DNA of 64,000 nt from Acidimicrobiia bacterium (GTDB lineage Bacteria; Acidobacteriota; Vicinamibacteria; Vicinamibacterales; UBA2999), in the NCBI GenBank assembly GCA_016871255.1, contig VFZH01000001.1, positions 8,056 through 72,055 of the forward strand. The letters are read 5' to 3'. A program made the translations under genes and the position numbers. Of this stretch, positions 37,228-46,478 are shown piece after piece; the first letter of the stretch is position 1; every line of letters begins with the position of its first letter. The notes beneath the pieces are model-generated. The model saw only the letters and a program-made list of their open reading frames with translations, was not told the DNA's origin and made no database searches.

Positions 37228-37635
37228 TCACTCGGCGGGCTTCGCCCGGCGCCGCGAGAGCCAGTCGGTCAGCCACTGCTGGACGGCCCGGAAGTCCATG
37301 ACCGGAGACCTGAACTGCTGCGGCGTGCGGAAGTCGATGAACTCCTGGTGGGTGGGCGCCCCGTAGGGCACCGGGCCCGTGGTGATGTTCTCACCGGGCG
37401 CAAACAGTGGAATGGGCGGCGACAGCGCGTAGATCCTGACGAAGTAGCTCAGGTTCAGGCCGTCGCGCTCCTCACTCGTATCGGACTGGAGCTGCTGCCG
37501 CATCCGATCGAGATCGAGCGGCAACCGCTCCGCGTCCACCGATCGAGACTGCCCCGACACGGGCGCCGCGAGCCCGGCGATCACGCACGCGAGGAGGACG
37601 AGCCGCCCGCCAATCATGCAATCGTCAATCGTCAA
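37228..37635 (-). CDS. hypothetical exported protein
   Basis: ORF 37228..37635(-). Signal-like segment MIGGRLVLLACVIAGLAAPVSGQ. The true start may be the second ATG (37617). The 5' end is embedded in the heptamer array. Confidence 0.5.
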   Translation of the reverse strand: MTIDDCMIGGRLVLLACVIAGLAAPVSGQSRSVDAERLPLDLDRMRQQLQSDTSEERDGLNLSYFVRIYALSPPIPLFAPGENITTGPVPYGAPTHQEFIDFRTPQQFRSPVMDFRAVQQWLTDWLSRRRAKPAE

Positions 37636-37679
37636 TCGTCAACGCAATCATCAATCACCAATCGCCAATCACCAATTGA
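37611..37679. repeat. degenerate tandem heptanucleotide array (CAATCNN units, about 10 copies), copy B, inverted relative to copy A
   Basis: CAATCATG CAATCGT CAATCGT CAATCGT CAACG CAATCAT CAATCAC CAATCGC CAATCAC CAATTGA. The 7-nt spacing of CAATC runs from 37619 to 37673, with one 5-nt unit. Confidence 0.85.
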
Positions 37680-37683
37680 AAGG

Positions 37684-37887
37684 CTATTGATTGTCCTGCC
37701 ATTCCTCGTACCACGCCATCTGGATGGCTTCGAGCTTCGGCTCGTTCGACGCCTTCGGGTCGTCGTCGAACCCGCCCAGCGCCAGGACGCGTTCCCGGAG
37801 ATCCGTGAACCGGATCGTCAGGGGATCCTCGTCCGGAAACTTTTCGTAGAGGGCGAAGCCGATCTGCTCCGAGTCGGTCCACTTCAC
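37684..37887 (-). CDS. iscX: Fe-S cluster assembly protein IscX
   Basis: In frame within ORF 37684..38031(-). GTG 37887 overlaps the fdx stop (GTGA) and has GGAGGTG upstream. VKWTDSEQIGFALYEKFPDEDPLTIRFTDL...FDDDPKASNEPKLEAIQMAW aligns with E. coli IscX as I recall it. Confidence 0.8.
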   Translation of the reverse strand: MKWTDSEQIGFALYEKFPDEDPLTIRFTDLRERVLALGGFDDDPKASNEPKLEAIQMAWYEEWQDNQ

Positions 37888-38306
37888 GATGACACCTCCG
37901 GGGACTTCGACGCGGCGGCCGCGCCCGGCCTGGACGACTTGCCGAGCTGAATTCCGCCGCCCTCCTGCACGTAGTTCCGCGTGTACATCGGTATCTCGAC
38001 GACCACGTCGCCGCGGATGATCGCCTGGCACCCGAGACGCGACTCCGTCGTCAGATCCCAGGCCGTGTCCAGCCGGTCGGCTTCGTCATCCTCCATCCCG
38101 CTCAGGTTCTGCATTCCCTTGCGCACGATCACGTGACACGTCGTGCAGGCGCAGCTTCCACCGCACGCGTGTTCGAGCGGGATGTCGAGGTTCATCGCCA
38201 CGTCGAGGAACGACTCGGGAAGCCCGTGATGGCTGTACTCCAGCTTCCCGTGCTCGAACTCGACCGTCCGTTCCTGGCCGTCGATGATGAACGTGACTTT
38301 GGGCAT
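37884..38306 (-). CDS. fdx: ISC-system [2Fe-2S] ferredoxin
   Basis: ORF 37884..38306(-). MPKVTFI...EHACGGSCACTTCHVIV...SRLGCQAII carries the adrenodoxin-type Cys ligands. Confidence 0.9.
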   Translation of the reverse strand: MPKVTFIIDGQERTVEFEHGKLEYSHHGLPESFLDVAMNLDIPLEHACGGSCACTTCHVIVRKGMQNLSGMEDDEADRLDTAWDLTTESRLGCQAIIRGDVVVEIPMYTRNYVQEGGGIQLGKSSRPGAAAASKSPEVSS

Positions 38307-38311
38307 ACGGA

Positions 38312-40165
38312 TTAGACCTCGGCAACGTTCCTGCCGGCGAGGGCGGCCCTGACGGTCCGGTTCATCACGACCTCCGCAAGGTGCTGCGTCGCGTCGTTGA
38401 GCGCGCTGGTCTGCTTCAGGATCTCGTCGCGGTCGCTGCCACGCAGCACGGCCTTCAGCGCCTTCAGCGCCTCACGGATGCGCTCGAGCTCGCCCGCGGC
38501 CAGCTCACCGGCCACGACGTCGTCGAAGTCCGGCCGCCGCAGCGCCTTCTCGGTGGCCTGCGCCACCGTTTCCGCGTCGTTCCTGGCGTCGATCAGCATG
38601 CGCGCGTCGAAGTCGGCCTCCGCGTGCTCGAACGAATCGAGGAGCATCTGCTCCACCTGCTCGTCGGTCATGCCGTAGGACGGCTTCACGTCGATGGTCT
38701 GCTCGACGCCGGTGCGCAGCTCCCGCGCGCTGGCGCTGAGGATGCCGTTGGCGTCGATCTGGAACGCGACCTCGATGCGCGGCAGGCCGGCGGGCATGGG
38801 CGGAATGCCGCGCAGGCGGAACCGGGCCAGCGAGCGGCAGTCGGCAGCCAGCTCGCGCTCACCCTGCAGCACGTGCACGTCCACGGCCGTCTGGTTGTCG
38901 ACGCCGGTGGTGAACATCTCGCGGCCGGTCGCCGGTATCGTCGAGTTCCGCAGCACGAGCTTCGACACGACCCCGCCCATCGTCTCGATGCCGAGCGACA
39001 GGGGCGTCACGTCGAGCAGCAGCATCTCGCGGCGGCCGCTCACCAGGATGTCCGCTTGAACGGCGGCGCCGATCGCCACGACCTCGTCCGGGTTCAGCTC
39101 GGCGTGTGGCCTGCGTCCGAAGAGGTCCTCGACCGCGCGGCGCACGAGCGGCACACGCGTCGATCCGCCGACCAGCACGACCTCGTCGATCTCCCTCGCG
39201 GCCACGCCGGCGTCGGCCAGCGCCTGCCGGCAGGGCCCGAGCGTGCGTTCGACCAGCGGGCGAATGAGCCCCTCGAACCGCTCGCGCGTCAGGGTCGCGC
39301 GGTACCCGCCCGGCATGCCGGGGGTCGGCTCGACGACGATCTCGGTCCGGTCCTGCTCGGAGAGGTCCTGCTTCGCCTGGATGACGGCCTTCCGGATCGC
39401 CTGGACCGCGTCCGGCGGCGGCGCCGATCCGCCGCACGCCTCGCCGATGACCTGTTCGATCAGGACGGCGTCCAGATCGTCGCCACCCAGGCGCGTATCG
39501 CCGTTCGTCGCCAGGACCTGGAACACGCCGTCCTCCACCTTGAGGATCGAGATGTCGAAGGTCCCGCCGCCGAGATCGTAGACCGCGATCGTCCCGCGGT
39601 TGCTGGCCTCGAGCCCGTACGCCAGGGATGCCGCGGTCGGCTCGTTGATGATGCGGAGCACCTCGAGGCCGGCCAGGCGGCCGGCGTCTCGTGTCGCCGT
39701 GCGCTGCGCATCGTTGAAGTAGGCCGGGACGGTGATCACCGCGCGGTCCACTTCGAAGTCGAACTCGCCCGCCTCCCGGAAGAACGCCTCCGCCCGGTGC
39801 TTCAGCTCCCGCAACACGAGCGCCGAGATCTCCGGCGGGGTCATCTCCCGATCGCCCACGCCGATCCGGATCACGCCGCCCGGCTCGCCGCTCACCCGGA
39901 ACGGCAGCCGCCGCGCCTCGTCCACCACGTCGTCCACGCCGCGGCCCATGAACCGCTTCACGGAGTACACCGTGCGTCCCGTCTCGGTCAGGAGCCGACG
40001 TTGCGCCTCCCGCCCCACGTACACCGTGCCGTCTTCGGCAAACGACACGACCGACGGCACCAGCGCGTCGCCGCGGCTGTCGCGGATCACGACCGGGACG
40101 CCGTCGCGCACGCAGGCGACGAGACTGTTCGTGGTGCCGAGGTCGATGCCGACGACGTTGGACAT
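38312..40165 (-). CDS. hscA: Fe-S protein assembly chaperone HscA (Hsp70 family)
   Basis: ORF 38312..40165(-). [25 protein letters not shown] and [10 protein letters not shown], within the isc operon. Confidence 0.95.
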   Translation of the reverse strand: MSNVVGIDLGTTNSLVACVRDGVPVVIRDSRGDALVPSVVSFAEDGTVYVGREAQRRLLTETGRTVYSVKRFMGRGVDDVVDEARRLPFRVSGEPGGVIRIGVGDREMTPPEISALVLRELKHRAEAFFREAGEFDFEVDRAVITVPAYFNDAQRTATRDAGRLAGLEVLRIINEPTAASLAYGLEASNRGTIAVYDLGGGTFDISILKVEDGVFQVLATNGDTRLGGDDLDAVLIEQVIGEACGGSAPPPDAVQAIRKAVIQAKQDLSEQDRTEIVVEPTPGMPGGYRATLTRERFEGLIRPLVERTLGPCRQALADAGVAAREIDEVVLVGGSTRVPLVRRAVEDLFGRRPHAELNPDEVVAIGAAVQADILVSGRREMLLLDVTPLSLGIETMGGVVSKLVLRNSTIPATGREMFTTGVDNQTAVDVHVLQGERELAADCRSLARFRLRGIPPMPAGLPRIEVAFQIDANGILSASARELRTGVEQTIDVKPSYGMTDEQVEQMLLDSFEHAEADFDARMLIDARNDAETVAQATEKALRRPDFDDVVAGELAAGELERIREALKALKAVLRGSDRDEILKQTSALNDATQHLAEVVMNRTVRAALAGRNVAEV

Positions 40166-40172
40166 GGCCAGT

Positions 40173-40862
40173 TCAGGCCGGCAGGGCCTGGAGCTCCCGC
40201 TCGATCGTCTCCATCAGGTTCCGCAGGTACTTCCGCTCGAGGAAAAGCTCGCGCAGCTCCTCCAGCGTGCCCCGCCGGTGCGACGCGTCCCAGGCCGCGG
40301 ACAACTCCGCCAGCCGTGCTTCGTACTGACGCTGCTTCCGCTCGATCGGCTCGCGTGCCCGCTCCAGCCTGGCCCGCAGGCCGTGGGGATCCCCGCCGGC
40401 TTCCCGCGCGGCGCGAATCTCGTCGAGCTCCTCGTTGAACGCGAACACTTCTTCGAGGAGCGCCGCCGGCACACCACCGCGGGCCGCCCCGCCTTCGGAT
40501 TCCTTCGCCGGCGCCAGCCCCTCGAGCCCCAGCAGGTACTCCACGCGCGTCGCGGGGTCTTTCAGCACGCGCCACGCGTCGTTGAGGTACGACGAGCGCT
40601 CCAGGCTGGCCAGCCGCTCCGCGGCCGCCGCGTTGTGAAAGAAATCCGGGTGGAACTGGCGGCTCATCCGGCGAAACCGCTGCTCGAGATCCGCCGGATC
40701 GAGCACCAGCCGCCGCGGCAGGCCGAAGAACGCGAAGTAGTCGCCGTGGCGCGTCAGGGAGAGGATGTGGTCGCACTCCGGGCAGAAGTGCGCGCGCATC
40801 GGTGCCCCGGCGCCGCAGTTGCGGCATTCGACGGCGGTCGGTGCAGACGGCTCGGGTGTCAT
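40173..40862 (-). CDS. hscB: co-chaperone HscB with an N-terminal CxxC..CxxC zinc-finger extension
   Basis: ORF 40173..40862(-). [18 protein letters not shown] is followed by a J-domain-like segment ([11 protein letters not shown]...[11 protein letters not shown]). Positioned between iscA and hscA. Confidence 0.85.
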   Translation of the reverse strand: MTPEPSAPTAVECRNCGAGAPMRAHFCPECDHILSLTRHGDYFAFFGLPRRLVLDPADLEQRFRRMSRQFHPDFFHNAAAAERLASLERSSYLNDAWRVLKDPATRVEYLLGLEGLAPAKESEGGAARGGVPAALLEEVFAFNEELDEIRAAREAGGDPHGLRARLERAREPIERKQRQYEARLAELSAAWDASHRRGTLEELRELFLERKYLRNLMETIERELQALPA

Positions 40863-40908
40863 GATCGGGTAGCTGGCCGGGGCCGCGGCGGACCGGGCCG
40901 CGACGGCG

Positions 40909-41235
40909 TCAGGCGCCGAACGAGCTTCCGCAGCCGCAAGTCGCCTTGGCGTTCGGGTTGTTGAACACGAACCCCTTGCCGAGCAGGGCCGTGTCGTAGT
41001 CCAGCAGCGTCCCGTCCAGGAAGAGCAGGCTCTTCTTGTCCACGAAGATCTTTGCGCCCTCGGGCCCTTCGAACACCTGGTCGCCCAGCCGCGCTTCCTT
41101 CTCCCAGGCGAACGTGTAGCTCAGACCGGAGCAGCCGCCACCCTTCACACCTACGCGGAGCCCGCCATCGGCGATGCCCTGCTTGGCCATCAGCGAGCGG
41201 ATCTTCCTGGCAGCGATCTCCGAGATCTGGATCAT
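40909..41235 (-). CDS. iscA: iron-sulfur cluster assembly protein IscA (HesB family)
   Basis: ORF 40909..41235(-). GGCSGLSY and the C-terminal CGCGSSF. Confidence 0.9.
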   Translation of the reverse strand: MIQISEIAARKIRSLMAKQGIADGGLRVGVKGGGCSGLSYTFAWEKEARLGDQVFEGPEGAKIFVDKKSLLFLDGTLLDYDTALLGKGFVFNNPNAKATCGCGSSFGA

Positions 41236-41251
41236 CGTGCCCTCGCGACGC

Positions 41252-41683
41252 TCAGGCCGTGGGCTGTGCCCCGGCCAGTGCCGGCGCCTCGGCGCCCTCC
41301 GACTCCCGCTTCTTCCGGTAGTCGGCGATCGCCGCCTTGATCGCGTCTTCGGCGAGCACCGAACAGTGGATCTTCACCGGCGGGAGCGACAGCTCCTCGA
41401 CGATGTCGGTGTTCTTGATCGCGAGCGCCTCCTCCACCGTCTTGCCCTTCAGCCACTCGGTGGCCAGGCTGGAGCTGGCGATCGCCGATCCGCACCCGAA
41501 CGTCTTGAACTTGGCGTCGTCGATCACGCCCGTCTCGGGGTTCACCTTGACCTGCAGCTTCATCACGTCGCCGCACTCCGGCGCGCCGACGAGCCCCGTG
41601 CCCACGTTCGCGTCGTCTTTCGGCAGCGCCCCGACGTTGCGCGGGTTCTCGTAGTGATCGATGACCTTGTTTGAATACGCCAT
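41252..41683 (-). CDS. iscU: Fe-S cluster assembly scaffold IscU
   Basis: ORF 41252..41683(-). [33 protein letters not shown] and [15 protein letters not shown]. Confidence 0.95.
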   Translation of the reverse strand: MAYSNKVIDHYENPRNVGALPKDDANVGTGLVGAPECGDVMKLQVKVNPETGVIDDAKFKTFGCGSAIASSSLATEWLKGKTVEEALAIKNTDIVEELSLPPVKIHCSVLAEDAIKAAIADYRKKRESEGAEAPALAGAQPTA

Positions 41684-41776
41684 GACTCGGTATCTCCAGA
41701 ATGACTACGGCTGTGATCCCGGGCGTCCGTCTGTCGTCGCAGGGGCTGCGAGTGCAGGCACGGGCGCAACCGGGGC

Positions 41777-42991
41777 TCAGTGCGTCACCCACTGCATCTT
41801 CGACAGGTCGACGCCTTCCTTCACCATCTCGTACAGCGGCGACATCTCTCGCAGGCGCCGCACCACGCTCGTCAGCTTCTCCGCCACGTATTCCACTTCT
41901 GCTTCGGTGGTCCAGCGGCCCAGACCGAAGCGGATCGACGAATGGGCCAGGTCGTCCCCGGCGCCCAGCGCCTTCAGCACGTACGACGGCTCCAGGCTGG
42001 CCGACGTGCAGGCCGAGCCCGAGGACACGGCCACGTCGTTGATCCCCATCAGCAGCGACTCGCCTTCGACGTAGGCGAAGCTGATGTTCAGGTTGTGCGG
42101 CAGCCGGTGCTCCATCGACCCGTTGATGAAGATCTCGTCGAGGTTGCGGTGCAGCACCTCGTTCAGCCGGTCCCGGAGCCCGCGCAGCCGCTCGCTCTCG
42201 GTCGCCATCTCCGCCCTGCACAGCGCCGCCGCGGCGCCGAACCCGACGATGCCCGGCACGTTCAGCGTGCCCGACCGCATCCCGCGCTCGTGTCCGCCGC
42301 CGTTGACCTGCTCCGACAGCAGGACCCGCGGATTGCGCCGCCGCACGTAGAGCGCGCCCACGCCCTTGGGTCCGTACATCTTGTGCGCGCTGAGCGACAC
42401 CAGATCGACCTTCTGCTCGGCCACGTTGAACGGCACCTTGCCGGCGGCCTGCACGGCGTCGGTGTGGAGGAGCACGCCCTTCTCCTTCGCCAGCGCGCCA
42501 ACCTCCGCGATCGGCTGGAGCACACCGATCTCGTTGTTGGCCGCCATGATCGAGATCAGGACCGTCTTGTCCGTGATCGCGTCCCGCAGCTCGTCGAGAT
42601 CGATGCGACCGTCCTTGGCGACCGGCAGGTACGTCACCCGGCAGCCCTGCTTCTCGAGCCGCTTGCACGTGTCGATGACCGCCTTGTGCTCGGTCACGCA
42701 CGTGATGACGTGGTTGCCCTTCTCGCGGTACATCTCGACCGCGCCCTTGATCGCGAGGTTGTTCGACTCGGTCGCGCCGCTGGTGAAGATGATCTCCTTC
42801 GGGCTCGCGCCGATGAGCTCCGCCACCTGCTTCCGGGCGGTCTCCACCGCTTCCTCCGCCACCCAGCCGAACTCGTGGTTGCGGCTCGCGGCGTTGCCGA
42901 ACTTGTCGGTGAAGTACGGCAGCATCGCCTCCACGACCCGCGGGTCCACGGGTGTGGTGGCGTGGTAGTCCATGTAGATCGGCAGCTTCAT
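41777..42991 (-). CDS. iscS: cysteine desulfurase IscS
   Basis: ORF 41777..42991(-). [37 protein letters not shown]. The ATG overlaps the iscR stop (ATGA). Confidence 0.95.
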   Translation of the reverse strand: MKLPIYMDYHATTPVDPRVVEAMLPYFTDKFGNAASRNHEFGWVAEEAVETARKQVAELIGASPKEIIFTSGATESNNLAIKGAVEMYREKGNHVITCVTEHKAVIDTCKRLEKQGCRVTYLPVAKDGRIDLDELRDAITDKTVLISIMAANNEIGVLQPIAEVGALAKEKGVLLHTDAVQAAGKVPFNVAEQKVDLVSLSAHKMYGPKGVGALYVRRRNPRVLLSEQVNGGGHERGMRSGTLNVPGIVGFGAAAALCRAEMATESERLRGLRDRLNEVLHRNLDEIFINGSMEHRLPHNLNISFAYVEGESLLMGINDVAVSSGSACTSASLEPSYVLKALGAGDDLAHSSIRFGLGRWTTEAEVEYVAEKLTSVVRRLREMSPLYEMVKEGVDLSKMQWVTH

Positions 42992-43449
42992 AGATGTGTT
43001 CTCAGCACCGCGGCGCGCGCGGCGACCGGCAGCGGCGGCGCGTCGCCGTCCGCCGCCATTTCAGCCAGCGAAACCGTCCCCAGCGTGTGCACGATCCGCT
43101 CCTTGATGCGCCACAGCGGGTCGCGGATGCTGCACGTTGCGTACTGGTCGCAGTCGTTCTTCTCGGACGAGCAGGCCGTGATCGTGAACGGCCCGTCGAT
43201 CGCCTGAATCACGTCGGCGACACTGATGGCCGCAGCCGACCGGCTCAGCGTGTAACCGCCCCGGGTGCCCTGGTGCGAGTCCAGGAGCCCGGTGCGCGTG
43301 AGCCGCTGCAGCACCTTGGCCATCAGCTCGACCGGAATGGCGTAGGTCTCGGCAATCTCGCGAGCGCTGGCCGAGACCGCATCCCGCCTCTGGGCGAGGT
43401 GCTTCATCGCAATCAGCGCGTAGTCCGCTTTCTTCGAGAGCCTCAACAT
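42988..43449 (-). CDS. iscR: Rrf2-family Fe-S cluster assembly regulator IscR
   Basis: ORF 42988..43449(-). [19 protein letters not shown]... is a winged HTH. The Cys cluster [14 protein letters not shown] is present. First gene of the isc operon. Confidence 0.9.
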   Translation of the reverse strand: MLRLSKKADYALIAMKHLAQRRDAVSASAREIAETYAIPVELMAKVLQRLTRTGLLDSHQGTRGGYTLSRSAAAISVADVIQAIDGPFTITACSSEKNDCDQYATCSIRDPLWRIKERIVHTLGTVSLAEMAADGDAPPLPVAARAAVLRTHL

Positions 43450-43500
43450 ATGCCCGACTTCAACAGTCGTAGTTTAGGATCCCGGAACGATACCCGTCAA
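43450..43500 (-). promoter_or_regulatory. candidate isc promoter (TTGACG-18 nt-TAAACT) with an overlapping IscR type-1-like box
   Basis: Minus strand: TTGACGggtatcgttccgggatccTAAACTaCGACTgttgaAGTCGggcatATG. The -35 is at 43495-43500 and the -10 at 43471-43476. The GACT-N5-AGTC inverted repeat resembles the E. coli IscR site consensus (..GACT.....AGTC..). Confidence 0.5.
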
Positions 43501-43514
43501 GTTTGGTCGGGTAT

Positions 43515-43538
43515 GGGGTCAGACCCGGGTCTGACCCC
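43515..43538. repeat. single copy of the GC-rich palindromic (REP-like) unit
   Basis: GGGGTCAGACCCGGGTCTGACCCC, a 24-bp perfect palindrome between the moeZ-fusion stop (43555) and the isc promoter. Confidence 0.85.
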
Positions 43539-43554
43539 GAGTCTTCCCGAGCCC

Positions 43555-45030
43555 TCAGTATTTCGGCTGTGACGGGTCCACCTGGTCGATCCAGGCGAGG
43601 ATTCCGCCCTTCAGGTTCTTCACCCGAAACCCTTTGGTACGTAGGAAATCCGCAGCTTTGGCGCTGCGCTGCCCGACCTTGCACTGGGCGATGATCTCGA
43701 CGTCCTCGTCCAGCTCCGCGTAGCGGCGCGGCACCTCCCCGAGCGGGATCAGCACCGACCCGGGAATCCGGTTGATCCGGTACTCCTGCGGCTCCCGCAC
43801 GTCGAGGACGACCAGCCGGTCGCCCGCATCGAGCCGGCGCTTCAGCTCGGTGGCCGTGATCTCCAGCTCGTTCGACGCCGCCGGCCCGGCCGCCACGACG
43901 GGCTCGGGCCGCAGTCCGCAGAACTCCTCGTAGTCGATCAGCTTCGTCACCGTGGGATTCGTGCCGCACACCGGGCAGGCCGGATCCTTCTTCAGCTTCA
44001 GCTCGCGGAAGCGCATCTTCAGCGCGTCGTAGATCAGGAACCGCCCGATGAGCGGCTCGCCAATCCCCGTAAGCAGCTTGATCGCTTCGGTCGCCTGAAT
44101 CACGCCGATGACCCCTGGCAGCACGCCCAGCACGCCGCCCTCGGCGCAGCTCGGCACCAGCCCGGGCGGGGGCGGCTCGGGATACAGGCACCGGTAGCAC
44201 GGTCCGTCCTTGGCCGCGAACACCGATGCCTGCCCCTCGAACCGGAAGATGCTCCCGTAGGCGTTCGGCTTGCCCAGCAGCACGCACGCGTCGTTGGTCA
44301 GATACCGCGTCGGGAAGTTGTCGGTGCCGTCGAGAATCACGTCGTACGGCTCGAACAGCTTCAACGCGTTCTCGGACGACAGCGCGGTCTCGAAGGTCTC
44401 CACCTCGACGTGCGGGTTGATCGCGCGGATCCGGTCTTGCGCCGATGCGAGCTTGGAGCGGCCCACGTCCGGCGTGCCGTGGATGATCTGCCGCTGCAGG
44501 TTGCTGAAGTCCACCACGTCGAAGTCCACCACGCCGATGCGGCCGACGCCTGCGGCGGCCAGGTACATGGCCGCGGGCGACCCGAGGCCGCCGGCACCGA
44601 TGCAGAGGACGCTGCCGGCCTTGAGGCGGCGCTGCCCGTCCACGCCGACCTCCGGCATGATCAGGTGCCGGCTGTACCGCTTGAACTCGTCGGCATCCAG
44701 CTCGGGCAGGCTGCCGGCACGAGCCGGGTGCGGGGGCGCCGCCGTGGGCGCCCCGCCCGCCACCGACGGCACGATGCTGATGGTGTCGCCCGCCTTGATC
44801 GGCGTCTGCTCGCGCTGCAGGTAGCGGATGTCCTCGTCGTTCAGGTAGACGTTGACGAAGCTGCGCAGCCGGCCGTCGTCCGCGTAGAGGTGCCTCTTCA
44901 GCCCCTCGAACTGCGTCGTGAGCTGCGCCAGCGCTTCGCCGACCGTGCTTCCGCCGACTTCGACCGACTCCTGCTTATCCGTGAACGGCCGAAGCGGGGT
45001 TGGAATCAGAACTCTGTTCGCCATGTGCAA
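43555..45030 (-). CDS. CysO-like (ThiS/MoaD beta-grasp) sulfur carrier fused to a MoeZ/MoeB-type adenylyltransferase and a rhodanese domain
   Basis: ORF 43555..45030(-). Residues ~3-93 (MANRVLIPTPLRPFT...SFVNVYLNDEDIRY...ISIVPSVAGG) resemble M. tuberculosis CysO, including the C-terminal GG. A 13-aa linker follows. Next come YSRHLIMPEVGVDGQRRL, IGAGGLGSP and CxxC pairs (E1 fold). The C-terminal rhodanese has CKVGQRS. Confidence 0.85.
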   Translation of the reverse strand: MHMANRVLIPTPLRPFTDKQESVEVGGSTVGEALAQLTTQFEGLKRHLYADDGRLRSFVNVYLNDEDIRYLQREQTPIKAGDTISIVPSVAGGAPTAAPPHPARAGSLPELDADEFKRYSRHLIMPEVGVDGQRRLKAGSVLCIGAGGLGSPAAMYLAAAGVGRIGVVDFDVVDFSNLQRQIIHGTPDVGRSKLASAQDRIRAINPHVEVETFETALSSENALKLFEPYDVILDGTDNFPTRYLTNDACVLLGKPNAYGSIFRFEGQASVFAAKDGPCYRCLYPEPPPPGLVPSCAEGGVLGVLPGVIGVIQATEAIKLLTGIGEPLIGRFLIYDALKMRFRELKLKKDPACPVCGTNPTVTKLIDYEEFCGLRPEPVVAAGPAASNELEITATELKRRLDAGDRLVVLDVREPQEYRINRIPGSVLIPLGEVPRRYAELDEDVEIIAQCKVGQRSAKAADFLRTKGFRVKNLKGGILAWIDQVDPSQPKY

Positions 45031-45427
45031 GCGGTTCCTCGAGAAAGGCCGAGCGGTCGTCCTTGAGCCGCCAGGACGTCATGTCCTGTGAGACGCCGTT
45101 TCCGACCGACACGATCACATACGCAAAGAAGGGCCATGCGTGGTCCAGATCGTACTGCGACGGGCGGGCCGGGTGATCCGGGTGCGAATGGTAGAAGCCC
45201 AGCAGTTCAAGACCCCGCTCGGATGCCCGCGACTCCGCCTGCCGGTAGTCCTGGGGCCGCACCAGGAACCGGCGCCGCGGCCCCTCCTCCGTCGTGTTCG
45301 GCAGGCCCAGCACCTCGGACACCACGCCGTCCCGGCCGTACATCGCCCCGCAGCACTCGTGCGGGTAGGTCTCCTGGCCGTGCGCGCGGATCGCTTCCGA
45401 CACCCCGGGACCGAGCACGAGCGCCAT
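44975..45427 (-). CDS. mec: JAMM/MPN+ (Mov34) metalloprotease, Mec-like
   Basis: Last 150 codons of ORF 44975..46072(-), starting at ATG 45427 (ATGA overlap with the cysM stop). E..HECCG and GFYHSHPDHPARPSQYD give the ExnHxHx7Sx2D JAMM motif. The 3' end overlaps the downstream start by ~50 nt. Confidence 0.85.
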   Translation of the reverse strand: MALVLGPGVSEAIRAHGQETYPHECCGAMYGRDGVVSEVLGLPNTTEEGPRRRFLVRPQDYRQAESRASERGLELLGFYHSHPDHPARPSQYDLDHAWPFFAYVIVSVGNGVSQDMTSWRLKDDRSAFLEEPLAHGEQSSDSNPASAVHG

Positions 45428-46437
45428 CAGCGGCCCCCTTCGGCCGCGGCGTCCCAGAAGTGCTCCGAGAGGTACTTCTCGCCGCCGTCGCAGAAGATGG
45501 TGACCACCACGGCGTTCGGCGCGCCGGCCGCCACGGCGAGCGCCGCTGCCAGGTTCGCCCCGCTCGAGATACCGACCAGCAGCCCCTCCCGCCGGGCGAG
45601 CTGCCGCACCATCTCGTAGGCGTCCTCCGTTCCAGTACGGATGTCGTCGTCGGCCAGGCCGGGATCGTAGATGCCGGGCACGATGGCCGACTCCATGTGC
45701 TTCAGCCCTTCGAGGCCGTGCAGCGCCTCGGCCGGCTGCATCGACACCAGCCGCACCGCGGGGCTGAACTGCCGAAGCCGGCGGCCCACGCCCATGAAGG
45801 TGCCGCTCGTGCCGAGACCGGTCACGAAGTGCGTGATGCGGCCGCCCGTCTGCTCGATGATCTCCGGACCCGTGGTCTCGAAGTGGGCCATCCAGTTCGC
45901 CGCGTTGTTGTACTGATCCGGGTAGAAGAAGCGATCGGGATCGGCCGCGTAGATCTCGCGCGCGCGCCGGATGGCGCCGTCGGATCCTTCGAGCGGGTTC
46001 GTGAACACGAGATCGGCGCCGTAGGCGCGCAGGATGCGCTTGCGCTCGGGCGTGACGTTGTCGGGGATGCACAGGCGGACCGGGATCCGCTCGGCGGCCG
46101 CGATCATCGCGTACGCGATGCCGGTGTTGCCGGACGTGGCGTCGAGGATCGTCTTGCCCGGACGGAGGGCGCCAGACCTCACGCCCTCGGCGATCATCCG
46201 GGCCGCGGGCCGATCCTTCACCGACCCGCCCGGGTTCTTCCCTTCGAGCTTGGCGTACAGCTCCACGTCCGGGAGACCCGCCTCGAAGCTGCGCAGGCGC
46301 ACCAGCGGCGTGTTGCCGATCAGCTCGACGACCGAGGAGACGCTCCGGCGCTCGCCCGACACGATGGATGGCATATCCGACAAGGACGGTCCGATTATTA
46401 GCGCGTTTGCACGGACCCGGTCAACGCTGCCCCGCAC
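45427..46437 (-). CDS. cysM: PLP-dependent cysteine synthase (CysM/CysK family)
   Basis: ORF 45427..46437(-). IGNTPLVRL, KLEGKNPGGSVKDRPA, TSGNTGIA and GTSGTF. Confidence 0.9.
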   Translation of the reverse strand: MRGSVDRVRANALIIGPSLSDMPSIVSGERRSVSSVVELIGNTPLVRLRSFEAGLPDVELYAKLEGKNPGGSVKDRPAARMIAEGVRSGALRPGKTILDATSGNTGIAYAMIAAAERIPVRLCIPDNVTPERKRILRAYGADLVFTNPLEGSDGAIRRAREIYAADPDRFFYPDQYNNAANWMAHFETTGPEIIEQTGGRITHFVTGLGTSGTFMGVGRRLRQFSPAVRLVSMQPAEALHGLEGLKHMESAIVPGIYDPGLADDDIRTGTEDAYEMVRQLARREGLLVGISSGANLAAALAVAAGAPNAVVVTIFCDGGEKYLSEHFWDAAAEGGR

Positions 46438-46478
46438 TCCCGGCGGGCCGTTCCGGGCGCTCGCTATACTCGTCTGCC

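Noticed and set aside
37611-37679. Whether the heptamer arrays (36121-36193 and 37611-37679) could be CRISPR-like arrays.
   Set aside because: The units are 7 nt with no unique spacers. The arrays are under 80 nt long, and no cas genes or leader occur in the window.
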